A stretch of DNA of 64,000 nucleotides from assembly GCA_944332815.1 (NCBI GenBank), contig CALVKQ010000003.1:2082-66081 (forward strand). The letters are read 5' to 3'. Of the stretch, positions 50,347-60,381 are shown in pieces. Every line of letters starts with the position of its first letter. Within the stretch, counting starts at the first letter, position 1. The notes below the pieces were generated by a model. The model saw only the letters and a program-made list of their open reading frames with translations, was not told where the DNA came from and ran no database searches. The position numbers and the translations under genes were made by a program. Source of the DNA: an uncultured Clostridia bacterium (GTDB lineage Bacteria; Bacillota; Clostridia; Christensenellales; CAG-917).

Positions 50347-50350
50347 GGAG

Positions 50351-51013
50351 TTATTTGTTGAGCCCTGCCTGCGCCATGACTTCTTCTGCGAAGTTGTCCT
50401 CGCGCTTTTGCAGACCTTCACCCATCTGATAGCGCACGAAACGCCTGACGGTGATCTTCTCGCCGATGGAGGCGATGGCTTCCGTCACGAGCTGGCTGAT
50501 GGTCTTGGAGCTGTCGCGCACGTAGACCTGCTCCATGAGGCAGACGTCCTTGTAATATTTCTGGATCCTGCCGTCCACCATTTTGTGGATGATGGCGTCG
50601 GGCTTGGGATTGGGTTCGTTCTTCGCCTGGGCGATGAGGATCTCTCTCTCCTTCTCGAGTTCTTCGGAGGGGACTTCCTCCTTGGTGACGTAAGAGGGAG
50701 CAGCAGCGGCGATGTGCATGGCGATGTTGTGCACGAGCTCTTTGAAGACGGGGCTCATTGCTACGAAGTCGGTTTCGCAGTTGACTTCGAGCAGCACGCC
50801 GATCTTGCCGTTCATGTGGATGTAGCTGTCAACGATGCCCTGGGAGGCGATCCTGCCCTGCTTCTTCGCGGCGGAGGCGATACCTTTTTCGCGGAGATAA
50901 TCGATCGCTTTCTCCATGTTGCCGTCGGTTTCGACGAGGGCTTTCTTGCAATCCATCATGCCAACGCCGGTGCGCTGGCGGAGTTCCATAACGTCTTTGC
51001 TGGTAAATGCCAT
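50351..51013 (-). CDS. tsf: Elongation factor Ts (short form)
   Basis: [27 protein letters not shown]. Confidence 0.97.
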   Translation of the reverse strand: MAFTSKDVMELRQRTGVGMMDCKKALVETDGNMEKAIDYLREKGIASAAKKQGRIASQGIVDSYIHMNGKIGVLLEVNCETDFVAMSPVFKELVHNIAMHIAAAAPSYVTKEEVPSEELEKEREILIAQAKNEPNPKPDAIIHKMVDGRIQKYYKDVCLMEQVYVRDSSKTISQLVTEAIASIGEKITVRRFVRYQMGEGLQKREDNFAEEVMAQAGLNK

Positions 51014-51084
51014 AATATTCTCCTGTTTTTAACTGTTAAATCCTTTGAAAGGCGTGCGCCCGAAGGCGCACGCGCAAAAATCCG

Positions 51085-51939
51085 TTACTCTTCCTCGCTC
51101 TCTTTCTCTGCGATGGCTTTTTCGAGAGCTTCTTCGGGGGTGAGCGCCACTTCTTCGACTGCGGCTTCGGGGGTGACTGCCTCCTCTTCGGGGGCTGCCT
51201 CTTCTGCTGCCTGTTCGACGGGAGCGGCTTCGGGGGCTGCTGCCGCGCCGAAGGACTCGCCCTGACGTGCCTCTATCACCGCGTCAGCGATGACGGATGC
51301 GAACAGCTGTATCGCGCGGATGGCGTCGTCATTGCCGGGAATGACGTAATCCACGAGGTCGGGATCGCAGTTGGTGTCCACGACGGCGACGATGGGGATG
51401 TTCAGCTTGCGGGCTTCTCTGACGGCGTTCTCTTCTCTTTTGAGGTCGACGACAAAGAGGCATCCGGGCAGAGTGCGCATATTCTTGATGCCGCCCAGGT
51501 TCTGTTCCAGCTTATCGCGCTCGGCTTTGAGTTTGAGGACTTCCTTCTTGGGGAGGAGCTCGAACTCACCGACGATCTCCATCTGATTGATCTTGTTCAG
51601 CCTGTCGATACGGGTGCGGATGGTCTTGAAGTTGGTGAGCGTGCCGCCCAGCCATCTCTGGTTGATGTAGTACATGTCGCAGCGCTCCGCTTCGTGCTTG
51701 ATAGCGTCCTGCGCCTGCTTCTTGGTGCCGACGAAAAGGACGGACTTGCCCTCCGCCGCGACGCTCTTCACGAACTGGTAAGCGGCTTCCACATGATCGA
51801 CGGAGATCTGAAGGTCGATGATGTGAATGTCGTTCCTGGTCGCGTAGATGTACTTTGCCATCTTGGGGTTCCAGCGCTTGGTCTGGTGACCGAAGTGCAC
51901 GCCTGCTTCGAGCAGGGCTTTCATGGTTGTGACTGCCAT
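51085..51939 (-). CDS. rpsB: 30S ribosomal protein S2
   Basis: [35 protein letters not shown]. Confidence 0.98.
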   Translation of the reverse strand: MAVTTMKALLEAGVHFGHQTKRWNPKMAKYIYATRNDIHIIDLQISVDHVEAAYQFVKSVAAEGKSVLFVGTKKQAQDAIKHEAERCDMYYINQRWLGGTLTNFKTIRTRIDRLNKINQMEIVGEFELLPKKEVLKLKAERDKLEQNLGGIKNMRTLPGCLFVVDLKREENAVREARKLNIPIVAVVDTNCDPDLVDYVIPGNDDAIRAIQLFASVIADAVIEARQGESFGAAAAPEAAPVEQAAEEAAPEEEAVTPEAAVEEVALTPEEALEKAIAEKESEEE

Positions 51940-51944
51940 ATTAG

Positions 51945-52066
51945 GCCTCCTTTTTTGTTTTTACCTCCCCCGGCTTCACCGCCGCAGCCACATTGCTGAA
52001 CGTCTGCGGCTCCGCCGAGGTGTGCGGTGCATTTGCGATTATATTATATAAAAAAAGTTTTTGCAA
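51945..52066 (-). promoter_or_regulatory. rpsB sigmaA promoter and probable S2 autoregulatory leader
   Basis: TTGCAA-17 nt-TATAAT (52066-52038), then CACAC...GC-rich stem...GGAGG leader before the RBS. Confidence 0.65.
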
Positions 52067-52195
52067 GAAATTTCGCGCAAAAAAACGGCGTTATTTTCCC
52101 GAATTTTCGCGGAGAGCGCGGATGGTTTTCGTCAAGGCGCGGACATCGCCGCGCCGCCGCCCGGAGCTATTCGGAAAACACGGGTCAAAAGAGGG

Positions 52196-52510
52196 TCACT
52201 CTTCCTCTTCTTCCTCGATGGAATCCACCTCTTTCATGAACTCATCGAAGACTTTTTGCAAGAGCGCTTCGTCCTCTATCGCGACGAACACGTCGCCGTC
52301 GTCGCCGTCGCGGACTTCGTAGATGAGGACTTCGTCATCCTCGATGTCGGGAAGTTTCTCGACGGGTTTCATCACCACGAACCATTTGTCGTCCACGTCC
52401 AGCGTGGCGAGATGATAAAAATCCTCGTCGCAGTCGCGCTCCTCGTTGTAGAGGGTTATGATGTCGTCATCTTCTTCCATATTGTTCTGGTCATCGAAAA
52501 AATCTGCCAT
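52196..52510 (-). CDS. DUF1292-family acidic protein
   Basis: Very acidic; ITL..E....E.F...IEDE....KVFDEF; follows ruvX as is typical in Firmicutes. Confidence 0.8.
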   Translation of the reverse strand: MADFFDDQNNMEEDDDIITLYNEERDCDEDFYHLATLDVDDKWFVVMKPVEKLPDIEDDEVLIYEVRDGDDGDVFVAIEDEALLQKVFDEFMKEVDSIEEEEEE

Positions 52511-52551
52511 TGTGAACTCCTTCGGGCTTCGCCCAGTTTATCTTAACCCGT

Positions 52552-52971
52552 TCAGCGTTTGCCGTCAAGGTAGGATTGCAAAATTATGGTCGCCGCCACT
52601 TTGTCGATGACCTTTTTGCGCTTGTCGCGTCTGACGTCGGCGTCTATCAGCATGCGTTCGGCGGACACCGTGGTGAGGCGTTCGTCGACGTATATGACAG
52701 GGATGCCGCTCATTTTTGTCAGAAGCTCCCCGAACTCGCGCGTTATCTCCGCTCTGGGACCTTCCGTCCCGTCCATATTTTTGGGCAGCCCGAGCACGAA
52801 CGCGTCCGCGTCCTCTCGCTTTGCGTACTCCGCAAAATAGTCCGCGTCCGCCGTCGGATCCTCCTTTTTGCGCACGTAAGTTTCGCGCGGATTCGCGCAG
52901 ATGCCCATAAGGTCGCTCACCGCAACGCCTATCCTCACGTCGCCCACGTCCAGCCCTATCTTCCGTTTCAT
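52552..52971 (-). CDS. ruvX: YqgF/RuvX family pre-16S rRNA nuclease
   Basis: GLDVGDVRIGVAVSD, GLPKNMDG, DERLTT, ID.VAA..ILQSYL. Confidence 0.96.
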   Translation of the reverse strand: MKRKIGLDVGDVRIGVAVSDLMGICANPRETYVRKKEDPTADADYFAEYAKREDADAFVLGLPKNMDGTEGPRAEITREFGELLTKMSGIPVIYVDERLTTVSAERMLIDADVRRDKRKKVIDKVAATIILQSYLDGKR

Positions 52972-52988
52972 GTCACACCTCTCACCGT

Positions 52989-54719
52989 TTATTTGAGGAA
53001 AGGCCCACGCCTTCCGCCCAAACTTCCCGTTTTCCGTCCCGATACGGCGCGGTTCTCCCCTATCTTCTCAAAAAGAGGCAAGCCTTTTTCGTAAAGTATA
53101 TAAAGTCCGGCAGCCGCCACCGCCGCGGCGACGACCAGGATGATCCCCCAGTACAGCCCCAGCACGCCGCTCCTTCCGAGGGAAGGTTCCAGCCCTGCCA
53201 TGAACACGCCGGCGACCACGAACCCTACCGCAGGGATGATGCTTATGAGCACGGGGAGGATGGCAGCCACGCCGCCGCCTGCGCTCGCCCTCATGTCCGC
53301 CTGCGTCTTCCAGTGCACGTTGCCTTTTTTGATGTCCAGATAGATATGCAGTCCGCTAGTGCCGGCGCAGAACAACAGCGAAGTGACGACCAGAGCTACG
53401 GAAGAGCCTGCGTCCAACCCGTAAAGAGCTACGGCTATCACGAATATGACCGCGAGCGCCGCCGCCGACGTCAGCATGGAAAACAGCAGTTTTGCGTTCA
53501 CCGAAGTCTTTGGCGCGATGGGCAGGAATTTGGAGATGAAGAAGGACTCCCCCTCCCTCGAATATGCCGTCATCGCCACCATGTTGGTGCCGCAGAGGAA
53601 GATGATGGGATAAAGCAGGACTATGCCCACCATCATCATTTCGGAGGAAAATTCGTTCGCCGCTTGTCCCTCGGGTTTGACGAAGAAGTACATTATGACC
53701 ATGACGATGGGCGCTATCACCGTGTTCGAGAAAGTCGCCATCGCAAGCGACGGGTTGCGCATTATGCTCAACATATCCTTTTTTATGAGCGCGCCGAGCA
53801 ACGGAGTGCGTTTATACACCTGCCTGCCCCTTCCCTCTTCGGGGTGCGCCTCTATGCGGCGAGAGGTTATCCTGCGGTAGAAAAGCGCCGCGAGCAGCAC
53901 CGTCGCAGCCGCTACGCCCGTCCATATCCCGAGCGATATGCCGAAGTTCGTGCCGGAGTCTATCCCGAGGCACATGGATATCAGGACGGAGTTGGGGTAC
54001 ATGACCTTCGCAAGCGCGTCGAGTCCGCTCAGCACTTCTTCGCCGACGATATCCCCCTGCTGTCCGAAACCGCGTGTGTTGATGAAAAAGACCAGCGCCA
54101 TATACGCCGCCATCAACAGGATGTAGAACAACAGCGAAAACACCGTCGTCAGCACGGAGCGGCCTTTCAGGTAAGAGCCTATCCACATGGCAGGCATGGA
54201 GAAAAGCACCACCAGGAACACCGGAAGCAGCGGCGATGCGGCGACTATCAGCGCGATGAGAGGGAAAAACCCGTAAAACATAGAGTTGCCGTACGCTGCG
54301 TAGACTATGGACACCGTGAGCATGGACGGCACCAAAAACACCGCGGCGGTCTTCAACGCGCTGATGTAGACCAGCAGCAGTTTTGCGGAAAATACCGCCG
54401 TCGGCCGCAGAGGCAGCGCGGAAAGGAACGCCGCGTCTTCGGACGCGTAGAGGGTGCCGAGCATGGTGGGCAAGGTCATGAACACCACGAAAAGCTGTAC
54501 GGCTGAAAGTATGGCGTTAAGGAGGGTCATTGCGGAATAACGCGTGGTGAGTTGCGCCGCGATGAGCCCGAGTATAACGCAAATGACCGCCACCATGGGA
54601 AGCATGGAGAGGATCATCACCGTATTTTTGGTCAGTTTTCTTTTGCCCGTGTTGCTCTCTTTTTCCACCGAATAACGGTTTTTGTAGAGCACGCGGAAGA
54701 CTATCGCAAAATCTTTCAT
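52989..54719 (-). CDS. ABC-2-type exporter permease (duplicated membrane domain)
   Basis: Many TM helices; FLSALPL and SREG..F....LP repeats; coupled to the ATPase. Confidence 0.85.
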   Translation of the reverse strand: MKDFAIVFRVLYKNRYSVEKESNTGKRKLTKNTVMILSMLPMVAVICVILGLIAAQLTTRYSAMTLLNAILSAVQLFVVFMTLPTMLGTLYASEDAAFLSALPLRPTAVFSAKLLLVYISALKTAAVFLVPSMLTVSIVYAAYGNSMFYGFFPLIALIVAASPLLPVFLVVLFSMPAMWIGSYLKGRSVLTTVFSLLFYILLMAAYMALVFFINTRGFGQQGDIVGEEVLSGLDALAKVMYPNSVLISMCLGIDSGTNFGISLGIWTGVAAATVLLAALFYRRITSRRIEAHPEEGRGRQVYKRTPLLGALIKKDMLSIMRNPSLAMATFSNTVIAPIVMVIMYFFVKPEGQAANEFSSEMMMVGIVLLYPIIFLCGTNMVAMTAYSREGESFFISKFLPIAPKTSVNAKLLFSMLTSAAALAVIFVIAVALYGLDAGSSVALVVTSLLFCAGTSGLHIYLDIKKGNVHWKTQADMRASAGGGVAAILPVLISIIPAVGFVVAGVFMAGLEPSLGRSGVLGLYWGIILVVAAAVAAAGLYILYEKGLPLFEKIGENRAVSGRKTGSLGGRRGPFLK

Positions 54720-55495
54720 TTCACTTCGGGCGCGTCGCCTTCGGCGTCCGGCGCCTCCCCTTCCGCCGCGATCGGCGCGTCCGTTATTTTGAGGAAGAGT
54801 TCTTCAAGGGAATTGTCCAGTCCACCTGCGCGGAGTTCGGCGAGCGTGCAGTCCGCGACCAGCTTTCCGCCGTCGATGATGCCCACTCTGTCGCATATCT
54901 TTTCCACCACGTCCAGAACGTGGGAACTGAAAAATACACAGTTCCCCTTCGATGCGTGTTCGCGCATGAGGTTTTTGAGGTGGTAAGCGGACTTGGGATC
55001 CAACCCCGTCATAGGCTCGTCCAGTATCCACACTTTCGGCTCGTGGATGAGGGCGCCTATGATGTTGAGTTTCTGTTTCATGCCGTGGGAATAGGACTTG
55101 ATCTGCTTGCCTATCGCGTCGCGGAGGGCAAAGAGGTCGAGATACCGCTCCAACCTTTCCTCGCGCTCTGCGGAAGGGACGTCAAAGACGTCGCATATGA
55201 AATTGACGAACTCCGTCCCCGTCAGCCCTTCGTAAAGGATATGGTCGTCGGACACATAGCCTATCAGCCTTTTTGCGGCGAGCGGATCGTCTTTGAGGTT
55301 GACGCCGCACACCGTCACGGAACCGCTCTCGAAGCCCACTATGCCTGTTATGCACTTGATGGTGGTGGACTTGCCTGCCCCGTTAGGACCTATGAAGCCG
55401 TATATCTCCCCCTCTCCCACGCTGAGGGTCAGGTTGTCGACGGAGGGCGAATGATTGCCCGAATAAGTTTTGGTGAGCGCGTTGATGTTGAGCAT
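54716..55495 (-). CDS. ABC transporter ATP-binding protein
   Basis: GPNGAGKST, YSHGMKQK, LDEPMTGLDP, SSH. Confidence 0.95.
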   Translation of the reverse strand: MLNINALTKTYSGNHSPSVDNLTLSVGEGEIYGFIGPNGAGKSTTIKCITGIVGFESGSVTVCGVNLKDDPLAAKRLIGYVSDDHILYEGLTGTEFVNFICDVFDVPSAEREERLERYLDLFALRDAIGKQIKSYSHGMKQKLNIIGALIHEPKVWILDEPMTGLDPKSAYHLKNLMREHASKGNCVFFSSHVLDVVEKICDRVGIIDGGKLVADCTLAELRAGGLDNSLEELFLKITDAPIAAEGEAPDAEGDAPEVK

Positions 55496-55845
55496 CTTTC
55501 CACCTTTCAGGGTATCACGCGTCGCCTTGGCGCGCGTATCACTGACAGCATACCAAAATAGCAAAACAATGTAAAGAAAAACGCTTCGGTGCGCGTCCGG
55601 CTCACCCGAAAAATTTGTCGAATACGAAAAGGCGTACGCCGCGCGCTTTATAAGCGGTGCCGCATACCGCGGCCTTGCGTTTCGTCCGCTATATGGTCTC
55701 ACCGTTTCCGCTTATCGCCGTGTCGGGTTTTCTCCGCATCACCCGGAGAAGAAGCAAGAGAGCCCTGCGGCGCGGCACAGGTAATGATCCGGTACGGCAA
55801 ACCGGAGTCAGCAGGAGAGGTCGGCGGCGGCTGACATTGTTCGTA

Positions 55846-57261
55846 TTATTCCGCTCCGGCGCCATCCTGCGGCAAAGTGAAAGTGATGTCCAGCGGACTG
55901 TCCCCGAGAGTGACGGCAGGGACTCCCTTCATAAGAGTGCCGTTCACGGTGACGGTGGGCTCCTCGCCGCTGCGCACTATGCGCACCGTGTGCTCCGTTC
56001 CCGAGTGCAAAAGAGTACATTGCACGGAGGGTATTTCCCGTGGCGGTGTGTCAGAGAGAAACACCTTGTCCCCTCTCACGACAATGCCGAAGTTCAGGGA
56101 AGGTGTTCCCGTTTTAGGGAGATAACTACTCTTGATTTTTGCATTTTTTATAATACTTTTGCTTTTTTTGTCCCCATTGCCCTCCCCGAACAGCATCTGC
56201 ATCATCACTCCGGAGGAGATGGCGCGCGCAGGCATCAGGAGGTCGCCCTTGACGTATGCCGCGATAAGGCTCCCCTTGCCTATGGCGAGCCGTTTGACAT
56301 TGAGAGGAGGCAGTCTGCCGTAGTCGCCGAAGTTTTCCAGCCTGACGGCGTAAGCGTATTCGTCCAGGTTTTCCGCGTCGCTCAACTCTCCCAATTTTTT
56401 GCAGAGTGCGGAACGCGCCTCGGGAGAAGCGGAAAGGTAGGCGTCGTAACGCGAGAGTATGCCGCAGGGCTCGTAATAGGCGGAAAAATCGAATATCTCC
56501 ACGTTGTCCAGTGAGTCAATGACGTTTCCGAGCATCTCGGCAAGCCCGTCCGTGACGGTGAGATATCTCTTTTCGAAAACCGCGATGTCGTAGCCCATCT
56601 CCCCTGCGCAAAAACGGGCGAAGATCACGCTTTTAGTGCGCCTGACTCGAGGGAGAAGTTTGTAAAGGACGGGATGCGCCGCCACCCTCAACGCCGTGCG
56701 GCGTATCTTTTCCGTGAGCATGAGCCTTTCGCATAGGAACGCCAACTTCCTGAACAGGACGTATTTGAACGCCAGGCGCATATTTTCCGTTTCCGAAAAG
56801 GTCAGGGTGCGCACCGCATTGAAAGCGGTGAGCGCGGTTTCCGCCCTCTCGGCGCAGAATATGAAACGCGAACATTCCAGCGTGAGCGCAGCAGCCGTGA
56901 CCCCTCTCGGTGTGCCGTCCGACTGCGGCATATCCTGCAAGGCGGAAAAATCCTCCTTTGCCAGCTTTTTCAGGTCTTCTTTACGCTCTGCGAGCAACAT
57001 GAAAAGTCGGGTCAGTTCCCCGTCGCCGTGGGCGTGTTCCGAGCGCGATATCGCGCGCATGATCTGTCTTTTGAAGGGAGCGGTTTTCGGGGCGTCGCCG
57101 CCGTCCGTAGGCGCGGCAAGCGTTTCCGCACAGCGTTTCGCGCGCGCGGCAAACTCCTCCTCGTTGAGTGCGGAAACGAACTTTTCCCTTTCCTTGGGGC
57201 GCGTCACGAGATACAGCAATATGAACAGCGCCGTCACCCCTCCCGCTATCGCGTATTCCAT
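55846..57261 (-). CDS. Membrane-anchored protein resembling the N- and extreme C-terminus of cyclic beta-1,2-glucan synthase (Cgs/NdvB), catalytic core absent
   Basis: TPRGV..A...AF..VRTLTFSE...RLA...LFRKL and LGNVIDSL...FDF...AY....EAR recall the Cgs N-terminal region; FGIVVRGDKV...P...VTVNG recalls the GH94 C-terminal beta domain. Confidence 0.55.
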   Translation of the reverse strand: MEYAIAGGVTALFILLYLVTRPKEREKFVSALNEEEFAARAKRCAETLAAPTDGGDAPKTAPFKRQIMRAISRSEHAHGDGELTRLFMLLAERKEDLKKLAKEDFSALQDMPQSDGTPRGVTAAALTLECSRFIFCAERAETALTAFNAVRTLTFSETENMRLAFKYVLFRKLAFLCERLMLTEKIRRTALRVAAHPVLYKLLPRVRRTKSVIFARFCAGEMGYDIAVFEKRYLTVTDGLAEMLGNVIDSLDNVEIFDFSAYYEPCGILSRYDAYLSASPEARSALCKKLGELSDAENLDEYAYAVRLENFGDYGRLPPLNVKRLAIGKGSLIAAYVKGDLLMPARAISSGVMMQMLFGEGNGDKKSKSIIKNAKIKSSYLPKTGTPSLNFGIVVRGDKVFLSDTPPREIPSVQCTLLHSGTEHTVRIVRSGEEPTVTVNGTLMKGVPAVTLGDSPLDITFTLPQDGAGAE

Positions 57262-57403
57262 GCCGTTAGTGTTGCCATGATCGCGGAAAATAATCCGCGG
57301 AGTCCGCCTCTTGTGACTCGCTTTTTACCACATTAGTTCCGATATGCCGAAGCGAATAATGCTGCGCGCCGCTCTCCGCCCGAACCGCTTCATCCGCGTT
57401 GCT

Positions 57404-57727
57404 ATGCCAGACAGGAATAATATGAACCAGCCTCGGAGCAATTCTTTTCGGCGCTTTTGCACAGCCGAACCTTGCCAATATGTATACTATTGGCGGCGTT
57501 TCGCCAGTGCAACATCATCCGAAAATCTCTTGCTCTGAGGTGCGAGCAGTTCCGCGCCAGCCGATTTTTGGCTGAGCAATTTCGGGGTCCCCGAGTGAAA
57601 ATCTATGATTTTCAGTTGGGGTAAAAGTCGGCGCAGCTAATACCAGCCCGTATTAGCAAGGCGACTGACGCGGTTCAGGCGGAAATCGGCGGCGCGGAAC
57701 CTGGTTCGTATTATTCCTGTCTGGCAT
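57404..57727. repeat. ~324-bp MITE-like element with 27-bp terminal inverted repeats and nested hairpins
   Basis: ATGCCAGACAGGAATAATATGAACCAG (57404-57430) vs CTGGTTCGTATTATTCCTGTCTGGCAT (57701-57727), 1 mismatch. Confidence 0.7.
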
Positions 57728-57749
57728 TCCTATCCGGCATACGGATATG

Positions 57750-57780
57750 CAAAAAGACAGGGGTGTTCCCTGTCCTTTTG
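57750..57780 (-). terminator. Terminator after rnpB
   Basis: AAAAAGACAGGG...CCCTGTCCTTTT hairpin. Confidence 0.7.
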
Positions 57781-57783
57781 CGC

Positions 57784-58096
57784 GAGCATAGTCTGTAAGC
57801 CGAGTTCTGTCTTGGACGACGATCTATCTTGACCGCATGTTGCCATACGGTTCCAGCGAACGGGAGCTTGCGGGCCGCATTTCACGCTCCTTTCTTGCAT
57901 CGGGTGGGGTTTACATCGCGCCTCGTCGCCGATTTGCGGGTGAGCTCTTACCTCGCCTTTCCATCCTTACCCTTTCGGGCGGTTTTTTTCTGTTGCACTA
58001 TCCTTGAAGTCGCCTTCACAGGCAGTTGACCTGCACCCTTGCCCTGTGATGCTCGGACTTTCCTCACGGTCACCCGTGCCGCCGCCCGGCTATCTC
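57784..58096 (-). ncRNA. rnpB: RNase P RNA (type A, compact)
   Basis: GAGGAAAGTCCGAGC, AGTGCAACAGAAA, TAAACCCC and ACAGAACTCGGCTTA conserved regions; P1 end pairing. Confidence 0.96.
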
Positions 58097-58234
58097 GCCC
58101 CATAATTTAAGCACACATACGCGTTTTAGGCAAGCATATGCGCGGAAAAGATGAACGCGCCCTGCGGCGCGTTCCGTTTTTTTAGCGTTTCAAGCGTAGA
58201 TTTTTGGGGTACAGGTCTTTGCCGCCGACACTTT

Positions 58235-59929
58235 TCAGTGCGCGAGAGAGTTTTTATATTCCTCCGCCCATTTTTTCATTTCCTGCGCGTGAGGCACGGC
58301 GTGAGCGGAATAATCGCTCGCGCCTATAAGGCGCGCCACTTCTTCCGTGTCGTCTTCAAGCAGCGTGAGATGCGTGAGCGTCTTGCCGTCCTCCACCGAC
58401 TTCGCGATGAGGAAGTGGCTGTCCGCCATTGCGGCAAGGGACGGCATATGCGTGATCGCGATGACCTGACGGGTGCGCGAGATGTTGCACATCTTCTCCG
58501 CAACGACGGCGGAAATGCGCCCTGAAATGCCGGTGTCTATCTCGTCGAACACCATCGTGCCGATGCGGTCTATGCCTGCGACTATATTTTTCAGCGCGAG
58601 CATGAAACGCGACATCTCTCCGCCCGAGATTATCTTGGCAAGCGGTTTCAGGGGTTCGCCGACGTTGGGCGAGATGAGGAACTCCACCCTGTCGCCCCCC
58701 GTTTCGCCCACGCTGTCGGGGGTGTGGTCGCTTGCGATGTCCACCTTGAACGTGGTGCCGCTCATGCCGAGATCCCCAAGCTCTCGCGTCATATCGCGCT
58801 CGAATTTCTCCGCGGCGGCGCGGCGCAGTTCCCCCAGCGTATCCGCGGCTTTTTGCAATCGTGCGCCGACTTCGGATATCTCGCGTTCCAGCTTTTCGGT
58901 GCGTTCGGAGGCGTTTTCCAGCTCGGACGCTTCCGCGCTCGCTTTTTGGTAAAATGACTGCACTGCCTGATAACTTCCGCCGTATTTGCGCAGCACCGAC
59001 CTGATCAGTTCGAGCCGCTCCTCGATGCTGTCCGCGCTCTTGGCGTCAAAGTCCAGCTCGCGCATTATCTCCCCGACCGTTTCGGTGATGTCGGCTATCT
59101 CCGTCTTTGCCGCGTCCAGCCTTTCGCACAGAGGAGGGATGGCGGCGTCGTAGGACTCTATGGTCTTCAGACTGCCTTCCGCGGCTTTGATGTTGCCCGT
59201 CACGGAAGCGCCGTCGTAGCCGTCCAACACATTCATGGCGGAGGACAGTGCGGAAAGAATTTTTTCCGTATTACGTATGCGGCGGCGTTTTTCGAGCAGG
59301 TCTTCCTCCTCTCCCTCGCCTATCGCGGCACGCTCTATCTCCTCCACCTGAAAACGCAGCACGTCCAGACGCCTTGCCCTTTCGCTTTCGTCGCCGTAAC
59401 GCGCGTATTCCGCCTTCAATGCGCGGTATTTAAGGCATAACTCTTTTACTTTATCGCGCGCGGATGCGAGTTCCGCTCCGCCGATGTCGTCCAATAAAGC
59501 TTCGTGATTGGCTTGTTTAGCAAGGGACTGGTGCTCGTGCTGCCCGTGTATGTCGACCAGCAGCTCCGTAAGCCCTTTGAGCACCGAAAGCGTGGTGAGC
59601 CTGCCGTTTATGCGGCACTCGTTTTTGCCGTCCGCGCTCATTTTGCGGCGCAGGATGAGCACTTCTTCCTGCTCTATGCCCATGTCGTCGAGATAGGCGG
59701 AAACCTGCGGAGTGAGATAATCGGAGAACACGGCTTCCACGCTCGCCTGATCGGTGCCGTAGCGTATGAGGGAGCGGTCCGCTCTCTCGCCGAGAACGAA
59801 ATTGAGCGCGTCGATTATGAGGGATTTGCCTGCCCCCGTTTCACCGCTCAGGATGTTGAGCTTTTCCCCGAGTTCGAATTCCAGCTTATCGATGAGGGCT
59901 ATGTTTTTGACGCTGACCGATCTTATCAT
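58235..59929 (-). CDS. recN: DNA repair protein RecN
   Basis: LSGETGAGKS, DIHGQHEHQ, SGGEMSR, FDEIDTGISG. Confidence 0.97.
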   Translation of the reverse strand: MIRSVSVKNIALIDKLEFELGEKLNILSGETGAGKSLIIDALNFVLGERADRSLIRYGTDQASVEAVFSDYLTPQVSAYLDDMGIEQEEVLILRRKMSADGKNECRINGRLTTLSVLKGLTELLVDIHGQHEHQSLAKQANHEALLDDIGGAELASARDKVKELCLKYRALKAEYARYGDESERARRLDVLRFQVEEIERAAIGEGEEEDLLEKRRRIRNTEKILSALSSAMNVLDGYDGASVTGNIKAAEGSLKTIESYDAAIPPLCERLDAAKTEIADITETVGEIMRELDFDAKSADSIEERLELIRSVLRKYGGSYQAVQSFYQKASAEASELENASERTEKLEREISEVGARLQKAADTLGELRRAAAEKFERDMTRELGDLGMSGTTFKVDIASDHTPDSVGETGGDRVEFLISPNVGEPLKPLAKIISGGEMSRFMLALKNIVAGIDRIGTMVFDEIDTGISGRISAVVAEKMCNISRTRQVIAITHMPSLAAMADSHFLIAKSVEDGKTLTHLTLLEDDTEEVARLIGASDYSAHAVPHAQEMKKWAEEYKNSLAH

Positions 59930-60381
59930 GGCCGCAGTATGCCCTCCAACTTTTCGGCGACGGCGACGGCGTTCTCCGCCGCGTCCACCGCCACGAATAT
60001 GGTGTTATCACCTGCGATGACGCCGAGTATGCAATCCATTTGCAGACGGTCTATGGTTTCCGCCGCTGCGTTTGCGGAGCCCGTTTCCGTCTTGATGACC
60101 ACCAGATTTTCCGCAGAACGGATGGATAATACGGTATTGCGGAAAACGCTTATGAAGCGTTCCGTGCGGCTGTCCTTCTGCGACTGCGCCTGATAGCGGT
60201 AATTCCTGCCGTCGGCGGAAAGCACCTTCACAAGGCTCATGTCGCGGATATCCCTGGACACGGTGGCTTGCGTGACGTTGAACCCTTCCGCGGCGAGGCG
60301 GCGTGCAAGTTCCTCCTGCGTGTCGATATCGTGCGCGGAGATTATCTCCAAAAGTTTTTTCTGTCGTGCTTCTCTGCCCAT
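59926..60381 (-). CDS. argR: Arginine repressor
   Basis: TQEEL...VTQATVSRDI, VIKT..GSA, G.IAGDNTIF. Confidence 0.96.
   Translation of the reverse strand: MGREARQKKLLEIISAHDIDTQEELARRLAAEGFNVTQATVSRDIRDMSLVKVLSADGRNYRYQAQSQKDSRTERFISVFRNTVLSIRSAENLVVIKTETGSANAAAETIDRLQMDCILGVIAGDNTIFVAVDAAENAVAVAEKLEGILRP

Noticed and set aside
50351-51013. Short EF-Ts as a possible truncation
   Set aside because: Short ~200-220 aa EF-Ts forms are established in several lineages, including some Clostridia.
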